A stretch of 62,746 nt of DNA, taken from contig CAYHHH010000009.1 of NCBI GenBank assembly GCA_964356125.1, positions 1 to 62,746 of the forward strand. The letters are read 5' to 3'. Positions 28,545 to 37,868 of this stretch are shown here, one piece after another. Each line of letters opens with the position of its first letter. Positions within the stretch are counted from its first letter, which is position 1. The stretch comes from an uncultured Bifidobacteriaceae bacterium (GTDB taxonomy: Bacteria > Acidobacteriota > Vicinamibacteria > Vicinamibacterales > JAMQPK01). Below the pieces are notes generated by a model. That model searched no databases and had not been told where the DNA came from. It was given only the letters and a program-made list of their open reading frames with translations. A program made the translations under genes and the position numbers.

Positions 28545-28554
28545 GGTGCTGGTC

Positions 28555-30498
28555 CTACTTCCGAGGTTGGCCCCAGAAGATGAAGGTGCCGTACCGGGTG
28601 GCGGTCAGAATGTCCATGCGGCCGTCCGTGTTCAGATCGATCGGATACACGTCCGATCCGGCGCCCGACCGGTTGTGGATCAGCTCGGGGACAAATTCTG
28701 CGCCTCCCGGCGCCTTTGGATTTCGCACGGTGCGGTACGAATACAGCACCGCCTGGCCGTACGGATCCGGATCGCTGTAGTTGTCGAGATGCGACCAATA
28801 GCGTTTGCCGACAATGAAATCGAGCACGCCGTCGCCGTCCACATCCTCCACATTCGTGCCATGCGGTTGCGAGAACGCGACGCCGCCCGCATTCTTCGTC
28901 GAGAAATCGTCCATGATCATGTGCCGCACGAACGAGATCGTTCCCTGCGCGTCTCGCTTCTGCTCGAACCACGCCATTCCCCACCCGTGCGGGTTCAGCA
29001 CCGTCACCACGTCGTTCAGCTTGTCGCCGTTCACGTCGTAGACGGCCATCACGCTGCCGCCCATGATGTTCCAGCCATAGCGGCCGAACACCTGCGGATG
29101 ATACGTCCACGTTTGACTGTCGACTGTCGACTGTCGACTGTCGACTGTCGACTGGTCCGGCTGCTCCCACCAGCCGTACGGATTGACGATGTCCACGCGG
29201 CCGTCTCCGTTGATGTCGCCCACGCCGACGCCGTGCGCTGTCGAGAGGCCACGTTCCGACACGTTGTGAACGATCCACGTTCCAGTTGGATTCGCGGGAT
29301 CCGGCTCCGCGTACCGCATCTGCCCTTCAGCGCCGTACACGAGCTCGGGTTGTCGGTCACCGTCGATGTCGCGAAGCACGCCGATTTCGGTCTGATACGC
29401 CGGCACGACAAGATGCGTGTCCCATCGGCGCGGTTCGCCTCTCGGATTGACGTACAAATGGCAGCCGGGATTGCCCGAGAAGCTGCAGTTCAGCGCGTCG
29501 GCCCAGCCGTCGCCGGTGAAATCGCCGACGAATTGCATCCAGTTGTCTCGCGTGAATTCGGTGGACGGGTTGGTCGTGAGTTGCAGGTAAATCTCGCTGC
29601 GCCTGGTGTAGTCCGGCCCGTAGAACACGTGCGGTCCCGAGATCACGTCGGGCACGTTGTCGTGGTTGACGTCGGCGGCGCCCGCTCCCCAGGCGTAATA
29701 GAAGTCGCTCAACCGCTGCATCCTGAAGTTGCTGGACACTTTTTCGACCGGCCGCACCTGGATGCTCAGGTTTTTGTACGCGACGTCTTTGAATCGCACG
29801 TCACCCGTGCCGCCGACGTACAACGCGAGCGGACCGAAATTGCCCGCGTCGGGATCCGCGACGCCTCCCGCCCGTGCGCCGCCATCATTCAGATGGGCCC
29901 GAACGATATTCGCGTCGATGTGAATCTCGATCCGGTTCCACGCTCCGGCTTTCAGGCTGGCGTCAGGCGGCACGACAGGTGGTGTCACTCCGGCACCTCC
30001 CTGGCTGCCGCCGGCCGCGGCGGGCGCCGGCGCATGAGGGTCGAGCGGCGGTGCGATGCGCATCGATCCGCCGCCAGGCCTCAACACCTCACGCGTGAGA
30101 ATCTGTCCCTGCGTGTCCAGTGTCACGCGATGCGAAGCCATTTCTCCATCGGTAAGCGCGATGTAAATCCCCTTCAGTCCTGTCGGCGTCTTTTCCGCGC
30201 GAAGCAGCACACCGGTCTTGCATCCCGGCGCGCACAGAAACGATGCGTAGAAGCCCACGTCCTGATACGACCGATCGAGCAGCAGCCAGCCGCCGCCCGG
30301 CTGCTGCGGAGTGCCCACGATCTCGCCGTTTTCAGCGCGCCATGTCGCGTTCCCAACCGTGCGCCATCCGGTCAATGTTGAGCCCTTGAACGTGACATCG
30401 GGGTGGAACGACGGACCGATTCCTCGCACAGACGGTTGCGCCGCGAGCCACACAGCCGCGGCGGTCAGGATCGCGAGATGCGTCTTTGACATCGCCAC
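28555..30498 (-). CDS. Secreted DUF1080 + FG-GAP/VCBS beta-propeller protein, paralog 2
   Basis: Collinear with 20131..22077 and highly similar to it, including long identical nucleotide runs around 29097-29114. Confidence 0.8.
   Translation of the reverse strand: MAMSKTHLAILTAAAVWLAAQPSVRGIGPSFHPDVTFKGSTLTGWRTVGNATWRAENGEIVGTPQQPGGGWLLLDRSYQDVGFYASFLCAPGCKTGVLLRAEKTPTGLKGIYIALTDGEMASHRVTLDTQGQILTREVLRPGGGSMRIAPPLDPHAPAPAAAGGSQGGAGVTPPVVPPDASLKAGAWNRIEIHIDANIVRAHLNDGGARAGGVADPDAGNFGPLALYVGGTGDVRFKDVAYKNLSIQVRPVEKVSSNFRMQRLSDFYYAWGAGAADVNHDNVPDVISGPHVFYGPDYTRRSEIYLQLTTNPSTEFTRDNWMQFVGDFTGDGWADALNCSFSGNPGCHLYVNPRGEPRRWDTHLVVPAYQTEIGVLRDIDGDRQPELVYGAEGQMRYAEPDPANPTGTWIVHNVSERGLSTAHGVGVGDINGDGRVDIVNPYGWWEQPDQSTVDSRQSTVDSQTWTYHPQVFGRYGWNIMGGSVMAVYDVNGDKLNDVVTVLNPHGWGMAWFEQKRDAQGTISFVRHMIMDDFSTKNAGGVAFSQPHGTNVEDVDGDGVLDFIVGKRYWSHLDNYSDPDPYGQAVLYSYRTVRNPKAPGGAEFVPELIHNRSGAGSDVYPIDLNTDGRMDILTATRYGTFIFWGQPRK
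29115..29156. repeat. Heptanucleotide tandem repeat inside paralog 2: (GACTGTC)5 GACTGGT on the plus strand
   Basis: Counted directly from the sequence. Encodes QSTVDSRQSTVDSQ. The unit contains a SalI-type GTCGAC palindrome at every junction. Confidence 0.9.
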
Positions 30499-30522
30499 AT
30501 CCTTCTGGCCAATAGTGTTTTT

Positions 30523-31434
30523 TCACATCATGAATCGCGCGCTGGGATCTTCCTCGGGGACCGCAACGCCCACGAGCCGAAGGGTCACGTCGTTGAAGAC
30601 GTCGACGGTCGTGGGAGGCGCCTCGTACCCCGCATGCCATACCCTGATCTCGTACGTGCCTTTCGGCATCGACAATTCAGCCACTCCGCACGCATCGGTC
30701 AACGAACGGAACGGACCGAGCCGGATGTGCGCGTGCTCGATCGGCTTCTCTGTCTCGTGCTCGATCAGGGTGATCGTGAGCCGATGATCGGGCGATCTGA
30801 CGGCGGCAAAGCTGAAACACGCAACCGCGTCATCGTGAGGCAGCTCGATGTCTGCCGGTGCGAATCTGGCGGACCACGATACGATGCCTTCGTTCGAAGG
30901 AGCGGGCAACTCGACCTCGGTCCAGTACAGGGCAGTGGTCCCTTCCCAGGGAACATCGCCGAGCTGCCCGCTGCCGACGAGCGTCCCCGCATCGTCCATG
31001 ACCTCGACCTTCGCGCCCTTCAACCCGCGGGATGCTGAGCTCTTCGCCCCGATCTTGATCGTGAACCGCCCGCCGATCACGACGGGCGACGGGACGCTCC
31101 AAATCGCCAGACTGCTCATGAGAGGCCTGGTCGTGAACGTGACTGGCAGTGAGACTTCTTCATGGAGGACGCCGCCAATCTCCTGGCGCGGGAACAGAAC
31201 GACCCACGACCAGGAGCCAGCTTTGTCGGGTGCGGCGATCGCAAATTCCGCGGTTTCAGATGCGGCCAACATCTCTTCGCCAGACATGAGTCTGATCGCT
31301 GCGCCGCTCAGGTCGCAGCCACACGCACACGATCGTCTCACCTTCAGCGTCATGTCGGACCGCACGGGCACATCGGACGCGACGGCCTCATCCATCTCCA
31401 ACGCTACCCGATGCGCGAAACCCTGGTCGGTCAT
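30523..31434 (-). CDS. Hypothetical protein with Ig-like/carboxypeptidase-regulatory-like C-terminal domain, no signal peptide
   Basis: 303 aa. The C-terminal 80 aa (RLTITLIEHETEKPIEHAHIRLGPFRSLTDACGVAELSMPKGTYEIRVWHAGY) fit the CarboxypepD_reg pattern. The N-terminus has a CACGC motif. No family recognised for the rest. Confidence 0.5.
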   Translation of the reverse strand: MTDQGFAHRVALEMDEAVASDVPVRSDMTLKVRRSCACGCDLSGAAIRLMSGEEMLAASETAEFAIAAPDKAGSWSWVVLFPRQEIGGVLHEEVSLPVTFTTRPLMSSLAIWSVPSPVVIGGRFTIKIGAKSSASRGLKGAKVEVMDDAGTLVGSGQLGDVPWEGTTALYWTEVELPAPSNEGIVSWSARFAPADIELPHDDAVACFSFAAVRSPDHRLTITLIEHETEKPIEHAHIRLGPFRSLTDACGVAELSMPKGTYEIRVWHAGYEAPPTTVDVFNDVTLRLVGVAVPEEDPSARFMM

Positions 31435-31458
31435 CGCTGTGGCCCTCTCAACTCATCC

Positions 31459-34400
31459 TCAGAACAAGAAACGCCCACCGAAGCGGATGACGCGCTCGGT
31501 CAGCGGGAGGATCTCCGTGACGCGGCCGAAGTTGCCGTCGCCGAACGTCCCGTTCGGGTTGGCATAGTGCGCGCGGTTCAGCAGATTGAAGAAGTCCGCC
31601 CTCACCTCGGCATGCCGCGACCCGAAGCGGACAATCTTGACGAGCGACGCATCAATGTTGACATACGCCGGTCCGGTCAGCAGCGATCGCCGTTGCACGT
31701 TACCCCACGTGCCCGCAGCAGGCGCCGAGAAGACCGACGTGTCGAACCACAGCGCGTTCGAGCCGATGCCGCCGAGCACTTCGGGCGTGCCGCTGACGTT
31801 GGGCGTCTGGGTATTGCCCGGGGCGCGCAGGCTTGCCCCACTCGCGGTGAAGTCGATGGGCCTTCCGGAGATCGCCGAGAACAGCCCCGTGACCTGCCAG
31901 TCGCCCAGCACCCTGCTGATGACGCCTTCTTTGAGCCACGAACCCTGCGGGCCCCAAGGAAGCAGATACACGAAACTACTCGTCACGCTGTGCGTGGAAT
32001 CGAAGATCGGCCGGTCCCAGCTCCGCTCGAAGTCGGCCGGCGTGGCAATGGAGGGTCCGCTGTCCCCGGTGGCGTAGCTGTAAGCCCGCCCCAGCGTGTA
32101 CGAGTTGGTCACCAGCAGACCTCGGGTCATCCGACGGTCGACCTTGACCTGCAGGGAATGGTAGGTGGACTTGACCGGCACGGTGCTCGACGTGCTGGCC
32201 GACCGGCCGAACTTGGCGAACAGCGGCCGGCCGGCGTTGTCCGCTCCCAGCGTGTAGCCCGCATTGAGGTCGAGGCCGGCGCGGATGTCCTGGCCTCTGT
32301 TGCCAACATAGGCAACCTCGCCCGTGAACGCCCCAGGCAGCGCCCGCTGATAGGCCACGTTCCACGAGTGCAGCCGCCCCTCGCGGTAGTCGGTCTCCAC
32401 CACGGAGAAGCCTTGCTGATTGAAGGCCGCCGCCGGCACGACGCCGCTGTCGGGAATCGCTGCGACGTTCGGGGGCGGCATCCCGGCGGCCATCGACCCG
32501 GCCGCTGCAAAACTGTTCGGCGGGTTGATCTGGTTGTTCTGTTTCACCGGGAAATTCAACCCGTAGGAGCTGGGCCACGGCAGCGAGCTGACGCCATAGC
32601 CGGCGCGGATGACGTTCGTCTCGCTGAGACGCCAGGACACGCCGGTGCGGGGGCTGAAGTTCCGCCAATGGCTCTTCACACCCAGATTCTGCGGGATGTC
32701 GCCGTAGCCGGCAACGCGGAGCGTGTTGTTGGTCGGGTCGTAGCTCGCCATGCCGCCGCGATCGTTGAGCCCGACGAGCGGCGTGTAGTACTCGTGGCGC
32801 AGACCGACATCGATCGTGAGGTCCGGGCGCACCTGCCACTTGTCGTGGACGAATGAGAAGACGCCCCAGTGGCGCCCGCCTGGGTCGGCGTCGGTGATCA
32901 GGTCTCTGCCAATACTCTGCGGCGCGTCGAGCAGGAAGGCCGCCAGCGCATTGGCGTAGCCGTTCTGCGCGCGCGTATCGCCGGGAATGGCCGTCGTCGT
33001 GCCGCGGAAGCGGAAGATGCCGCGCGGCCCGCCGTTGTCCTGCACCTGCAGCAGGAAGAACCGGTTGTGGCGCAGTTCGCCTCCGATCTTCAGGGTGTGG
33101 TTGCCAAGAAGTTTCGTGGCAGTGGTGGCCGTGGTCCACGTTTGCTCGGCGCGGTCCCACGGCAGCGAATTCGAGAAGCCGATGAGCGTCCCGCTGTACC
33201 CGCTCACGTCCATCGTGGCGATGCCGCTCGTAAACTCGTTCAGGTTCACGCCCCGAATGCCGACCTCCTCTGACGTCTTCAGCCCGTGGGCCTCCGATAT
33301 CGCTTCGTTGTGGTGCCAGGTCCTGCCGATGCGCACTTCCTGAATCAGCGTGGACGACCACACCCGGTTGTAGTTGGCGGCCGCGTTATAGGTCGGGTTG
33401 GTGCCGAATCCTGCAAACGGCTTGATGCCGCCCCAGATGCCGAATGTCGCCGGGTCGTACGTCTCGGCGTTCTGTTGGCTGTAGCGAACCGACAGGTGGT
33501 CGCTCGCTCCCGCCTGGTAGGTGAGCTTGATGTCGAACTGGTTCGTGCGCTTTTCGCGCACGTACTGTTTTTCGTAATTGGTCCCGCCCAACGGCGCGCC
33601 CGCGATGTTCGGCGTCGGGATATTGGACAGGAGCCGCTGCGTGATGGGGCTGAGGCGGCTCGCCGGGATCTGATTGTTCGGGAACGGCGTCCGCCCCGTG
33701 CCGTCGGGATTGCCGGTCGCCGGATCGTAAATGATCGTGGGGGCCGCACTGAAGTCGCCGGTCCGAAACGCGAGCTCCGGCAGGTGCGCCTGCGTGAGGC
33801 GCCCGCTGTCGTCAACGGTCCGCACGTAGTCACCGAAGAAGAACAGTTTATTCCGCTTGATCGGCCCGCCGAGGGTAAAGCCGGTCTGCATGTACTTGGT
33901 CTCGGCAGGCGGCAGCGCAGAGAAGGGATTCCGGGCGATCGTCGCCTCGGTGTTCCCGAAGCTGAACAGCGAGCCACTGAGGTCGTTCGTCCCTGACTTC
34001 AGCGTCACATTCATCACGGCGCCACCGGCCCGCCCGAACTCCGCGTCGTAGTTGCTGGTGCTGACGGCGACGGTTTCAATCGCTTCGGCCGACGGAATCA
34101 TCATCGTCAGCGCACCGCTGTTGTCGCTGTTCGCCGTGCCTTCGAGCTGCACGTTGTTGGCCTGCCGCGACTGCCCGTTGATGTTGCTCGACAGGCTGTC
34201 CTGCGAGTTGTAGAACTCCGAATGCGGGCGGAACGGGCGCGAGGCGCCCGGCACCGTGATCAGCATGCCCTGGAAGTTCCGATTGAACCCAAGCGGCATC
34301 TGAGTCAGTTGCGTGCTATCGATGATGCGCCCGGTATCGGCGCGATCGGTCTGCATCATGGGCGCCTCGCCCGTGACCAGCACCGACTCGCTGAGCTCGC

Positions 34401-34764
34401 CGATCGCCAGGGCGATCTCCACGCGAATCGTGGTGTTGACATTCACCGCCACGCCTTCGCGAACGAACTTACTGAATCCTACGAGCTCCCCCTCGACGCG
34501 GTACACGCCGGGCTCGAGGTTGGTAAACGTGTAGTTGCCGGCCTCGTTGGAGACCGTCGACCGCCTGATATTCGTGCGCACTTCGATCGCGGTGATCGTC
34601 GCACCGGGCACCGCAGCGCCGCTCTCGTCCCTGACATTCCCGACCAGCGCGCCAACCGCGCCCTGAGCGGCGGCGTGGGCAGCGATGAAAAGGATCCCAA
34701 GTACAGCGAGTGCGATGACGGTCCGCACATCACCATACGCACCAGGCCGATGTGGATGGGTCAT
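31459..34764 (-). CDS. TonB-dependent receptor with N-terminal carboxypeptidase-regulatory-like domain
   Basis: ATG 34764 follows GGGAGGA. Signal peptide. GNVRDESGAAVPGATITAIE...EAGNYTFTNLEPGVYRVEGEL, then plug and 22-strand-barrel-like sequence ending in ...RFGGRFLF. Confidence 0.85.
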   Translation of the reverse strand: MTHPHRPGAYGDVRTVIALAVLGILFIAAHAAAQGAVGALVGNVRDESGAAVPGATITAIEVRTNIRRSTVSNEAGNYTFTNLEPGVYRVEGELVGFSKFVREGVAVNVNTTIRVEIALAIGELSESVLVTGEAPMMQTDRADTGRIIDSTQLTQMPLGFNRNFQGMLITVPGASRPFRPHSEFYNSQDSLSSNINGQSRQANNVQLEGTANSDNSGALTMMIPSAEAIETVAVSTSNYDAEFGRAGGAVMNVTLKSGTNDLSGSLFSFGNTEATIARNPFSALPPAETKYMQTGFTLGGPIKRNKLFFFGDYVRTVDDSGRLTQAHLPELAFRTGDFSAAPTIIYDPATGNPDGTGRTPFPNNQIPASRLSPITQRLLSNIPTPNIAGAPLGGTNYEKQYVREKRTNQFDIKLTYQAGASDHLSVRYSQQNAETYDPATFGIWGGIKPFAGFGTNPTYNAAANYNRVWSSTLIQEVRIGRTWHHNEAISEAHGLKTSEEVGIRGVNLNEFTSGIATMDVSGYSGTLIGFSNSLPWDRAEQTWTTATTATKLLGNHTLKIGGELRHNRFFLLQVQDNGGPRGIFRFRGTTTAIPGDTRAQNGYANALAAFLLDAPQSIGRDLITDADPGGRHWGVFSFVHDKWQVRPDLTIDVGLRHEYYTPLVGLNDRGGMASYDPTNNTLRVAGYGDIPQNLGVKSHWRNFSPRTGVSWRLSETNVIRAGYGVSSLPWPSSYGLNFPVKQNNQINPPNSFAAAGSMAAGMPPPNVAAIPDSGVVPAAAFNQQGFSVVETDYREGRLHSWNVAYQRALPGAFTGEVAYVGNRGQDIRAGLDLNAGYTLGADNAGRPLFAKFGRSASTSSTVPVKSTYHSLQVKVDRRMTRGLLVTNSYTLGRAYSYATGDSGPSIATPADFERSWDRPIFDSTHSVTSSFVYLLPWGPQGSWLKEGVISRVLGDWQVTGLFSAISGRPIDFTASGASLRAPGNTQTPNVSGTPEVLGGIGSNALWFDTSVFSAPAAGTWGNVQRRSLLTGPAYVNIDASLVKIVRFGSRHAEVRADFFNLLNRAHYANPNGTFGDGNFGRVTEILPLTERVIRFGGRFLF

Positions 34765-34803
34765 CAAATCCTCCCTTATAGAGCCATTCAGTTAATCGGC
34801 CGT

Positions 34804-36816
34804 CTACGATTTCGCGGGAAGGGCGTAGGCAATGTACGCTCCGCGGGTGCAGAAGACGACATACTGGCGACCGTCAACTTCGTAGACGGCCGGCGCGCCT
34901 TCGGCCCCGTCTGGAAGCGCCGCGCTCCAGAGCACCTTGCCCGTGTCTTTGTCGAACGCGCGAGCTTTTCTCTCCACAGTGGCGGAGAACGCCAGCCCTC
35001 CGGCGGTGATCGCCAGACGCGCCTTGGGCCCGTGGACCTTGACGATGCCGAAGTTGTTTCCCGGGGGGTTCACGCCCACCGCTTCTCCATAGGGGATCTG
35101 CCACTTGATCGTCCCGTTGTTGAGGTCGTAGGCGGTGATGTTGGAGTAGGGCGGCGTCACGTGCAGCGGTGACGCCGAGTAGTTCGTGTACATCCGCGGC
35201 GGCACATCAGCGCCGTCGGGATACGGGGGCGGTTCGATGGCAGCAGCCGGAAGGGGCGCGGGCGGCTGCGACGTACCGGTGGGAGCTATCGGGGCCCGCC
35301 GACGGTCGGGGAGGATCTGCACACCGTCGACAGGGTTGCCATTCAGAACCGGAGGACTCCACAAGTTGCGGTTGACGTGCTGCGCAGCCTCGGCGGCCGT
35401 GCGGAAGTACCGCTGGATGGACGGTTGATCGTACCCGATCACATACATGGTGCCGGTGGCGAGATCGGACGAGGTGGTGAAATGAATCGCCCCACCAGAG
35501 TGACCGGGCATCATAACCGTCCAGTAATCGAGGCTAATGGGCGTGTAGAGGCCGTCGTTCCGGGCCTTCGACACCATCTCCGTCCATGTGGCTCGATCCG
35601 CATCGTTGAGAATGATCTTGTCGATGTCCTTCACCGTGTACGACTGCCGCACAAACGAGGGCGGCTTGGTTGGAAACGGCTGCGTTGGCGACAATTTCTC
35701 GCCGGGCACATCAGAGGGCGGAACCGGCCGTTCGGGAATGGGCCAGATCGGCTGGCCGGTCACGCGGTTGAGCACGTAGAGGAATCCGTTCTTGCTCGCT
35801 TGCGCGACGATGTCCACGGGCTTGCCGTTCTGGCGAACGGTTAGCAGTTGTGGTGCGGCAACAGGCTCATACTCCCACACGTCGTGATGGATCATCTGGT
35901 AGTGCCAGATCCGCTTCCCCGTGCGGGCGTCGAGCGCGAGCAGCGTGTTGGAGAACAGCGTATCGCCGTGGCGATCGCCGCCCCAGAACTCGTACTTGGG
36001 CGTGCCGACCGGGATGTACGCAATACCGCGCGCCTGGTCGATGCTCAGTTCCCCCCAGGCCGCCGCACCGCCCGAGTACGTCCAGGCATCCTTCGGCCAG
36101 GTTTCGTAGCCGTACTCGCCGGGATGCGGGATCGTGTGAAAGACCCAGGCCAAACTGCCGGTGACCACGTCGAAGGCACGAATATCCGCGGGGGGCGATC
36201 CGTAGGCCTCGCCGGTGGCCGATCCGAGGATGAGCAGATTCTCGAATACTTGGCCCGGGCTCTTCGAATTGTCCGGCTTGGTCCCGCGCGTCATGCCGGT
36301 CCGAAGATCCACGCGCCCGTTGCTCCCGAAGGTGGGCACAAGCTTGCCGGTCTTTGCGTCGATCGCCTCGAGATTGCCGTCTACACGAATAAAGAGTCGC
36401 TGGTCGGTGCGAGCTGCGTTTTCCCAATAGTTCAAGCCGCGGTAGACCCTGAGCCCGTTGCTCCCGGGGAACGGATGCACCCAGATCTCCTTGCCGTTTG
36501 TGGCATCGACCGCGACAAGGCTCCCGTTCTTCGCGAGGGCGTACATGACCCGACCCGCCACGAGCGGCTGGAACGTGTAGCCAACCTGGTCCTGGGTGTC
36601 ATAGGTCCAGGCGACCTGCAGGTTGGCCACGTTGGAACGATCAATCTGGGTCAGCGCCGAGTAGTTCGACGAATCCGGGGCGCCGTTCGCGTACTGCCAC
36701 GTCGTGTACGGCTCTGGACCCGCGTGGCCGCTCTGTGCGGCGAGCGCCAACCCGCCGCCCACCACGACCGTAAGCACCAGCCCTTGAATGGATCTGGAGG
36801 TCCTGAGCATTCCCAT
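34804..36816 (-). CDS. PQQ-dependent dehydrogenase (quinoprotein, 8-bladed propeller)
   Basis: Start ATG 36816 or 36810. Signature W.YANG..DSSNYSALTQIDRSNVANLQVAWTY. Repeated propeller W motifs. No CxxCH. Confidence 0.85.
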   Translation of the reverse strand: MGMLRTSRSIQGLVLTVVVGGGLALAAQSGHAGPEPYTTWQYANGAPDSSNYSALTQIDRSNVANLQVAWTYDTQDQVGYTFQPLVAGRVMYALAKNGSLVAVDATNGKEIWVHPFPGSNGLRVYRGLNYWENAARTDQRLFIRVDGNLEAIDAKTGKLVPTFGSNGRVDLRTGMTRGTKPDNSKSPGQVFENLLILGSATGEAYGSPPADIRAFDVVTGSLAWVFHTIPHPGEYGYETWPKDAWTYSGGAAAWGELSIDQARGIAYIPVGTPKYEFWGGDRHGDTLFSNTLLALDARTGKRIWHYQMIHHDVWEYEPVAAPQLLTVRQNGKPVDIVAQASKNGFLYVLNRVTGQPIWPIPERPVPPSDVPGEKLSPTQPFPTKPPSFVRQSYTVKDIDKIILNDADRATWTEMVSKARNDGLYTPISLDYWTVMMPGHSGGAIHFTTSSDLATGTMYVIGYDQPSIQRYFRTAAEAAQHVNRNLWSPPVLNGNPVDGVQILPDRRRAPIAPTGTSQPPAPLPAAAIEPPPYPDGADVPPRMYTNYSASPLHVTPPYSNITAYDLNNGTIKWQIPYGEAVGVNPPGNNFGIVKVHGPKARLAITAGGLAFSATVERKARAFDKDTGKVLWSAALPDGAEGAPAVYEVDGRQYVVFCTRGAYIAYALPAKS

Positions 36817-36850
36817 GGTCCACACCTCATTTCGGACGAGATTTGTTTTA

Positions 36851-36864
36851 AGAAACGAGTTTCT
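36851..36864. promoter_or_regulatory. Second palindrome AGAAAC-GA-GTTTCT between the TATGAC box and the PQQ dehydrogenase start
   Basis: Read directly from the sequence. The centre lies 41.5 nt upstream of ATG 36816, in a locally AT-richer stretch. Confidence 0.3.
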
Positions 36865-36899
36865 GGGGTACCAGCTTTTACGACGAACCGACACGAGCT

Positions 36900-36919
36900 C
36901 ATATGACCGCCGTCATATG
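36900..36919. promoter_or_regulatory. Palindromic operator candidate CATATGAC-CGCC-GTCATATG (core TATGAC-N4-GTCATA)
   Basis: Read directly from the sequence. Lies in the 134-nt gap between the NIPSNAP gene stop and the PQQ dehydrogenase start. Confidence 0.65.
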
Positions 36920-36950
36920 GCACTGGGACCGGGATGACGCATCTCCCAGC

Positions 36951-37775
36951 TTAGATCTGCGAGTACGCCGCGGGCCGCAAATACATGCTGCTGATGTTCG
37001 CGACGATTTCCGGATCGGTGAGGCCGGGCGTGGTGGAGAGCTTTCGCCACTCGGGATCGGCGCCAAACGCGCTCCACTGGGTGTCGCGCGCAGCCATGTT
37101 CTCGTACACCAGCATGTAGGTCAGATTCGGCATACTCGATCCGACGATCGTTTCGCCGAAGAAGACCGGCTGCATGCCGGCTTTCCGGAACAGCGCGATC
37201 TCGGCCGTGTTGAACATGTCGATCTTCTTCTTGCCGGCCTTCTCGCTGTGGCTTTCGTAGATACGGAGCTCGAAAATGCGGGCCCGCTTGCCATTTTCTC
37301 CTCCGCCAAAGGGCAGCTCCAGCTTCGGGATCCCCTCGAAGGCACGCATGAGGGAGCTGTTGAGCCGAACGAAGGCCGGCTCGGTTGCCGCAGCCTCCAG
37401 GTAAGGAGCCCCGGCTTTCTGGTATTCCGCGTCGGCCGCGAGCCGTGCCGGCAGAGACGCGAACGCGTCGAGACTCGGATGCACGAGCAGGACATACAAC
37501 GACGGGCTGTCGGCGCCAATCATCACGTTGAAAGCGCCTACCGGCCCGACCCCCGCGCGCTGAAGTGCCGGGATCGCCGCAAGACGCCAGTAATCGTCCA
37601 CAATCCGCGTGCGAAGCCCCCGCCGGAGATGGTACCGCCGCAATTCGTAGTACTCCGGCGACCGCGCGGGCTCACTCCCCCGCGAAGCGGTCTGCTCGGC
37701 GGCTGCCGCGGCGCCGCCCACCAGCAGTGTTCCTCCGGCCGCCAGCGTCGAGGTCACAAAATCGCGTCGATTCAT
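36951..37775 (-). CDS. Double NIPSNAP-domain protein with Tat-type signal
   Basis: ATG 37775: MNRRDFVTSTLAAGGTLLVGGAAAAA. Two NIPSNAP repeats (YYELRRYHL..., RIFELRIYES...MLVYENMAARD..W). Confidence 0.8.
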   Translation of the reverse strand: MNRRDFVTSTLAAGGTLLVGGAAAAAEQTASRGSEPARSPEYYELRRYHLRRGLRTRIVDDYWRLAAIPALQRAGVGPVGAFNVMIGADSPSLYVLLVHPSLDAFASLPARLAADAEYQKAGAPYLEAAATEPAFVRLNSSLMRAFEGIPKLELPFGGGENGKRARIFELRIYESHSEKAGKKKIDMFNTAEIALFRKAGMQPVFFGETIVGSSMPNLTYMLVYENMAARDTQWSAFGADPEWRKLSTTPGLTDPEIVANISSMYLRPAAYSQI

Positions 37776-37868
37776 TTCGCATCCCCCAGATTCAGGAAAA
37801 TGTAGGCGCCTTTGTTGTTGATGACGTGGGGCACGCACTCAACGCCGAGTCGGAAAGCGGGAACGGCG

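Noticed and set aside
29115-29156. Could the short direct repeats be a CRISPR array or an assembly artefact?
   Set aside because: The units are 7 nt with no spacers and sit in frame within a conserved gene. A related tract occurs at the homologous site of a paralog. It is not CRISPR. An assembly artefact cannot be fully excluded without reads, but the two independent loci argue against it.
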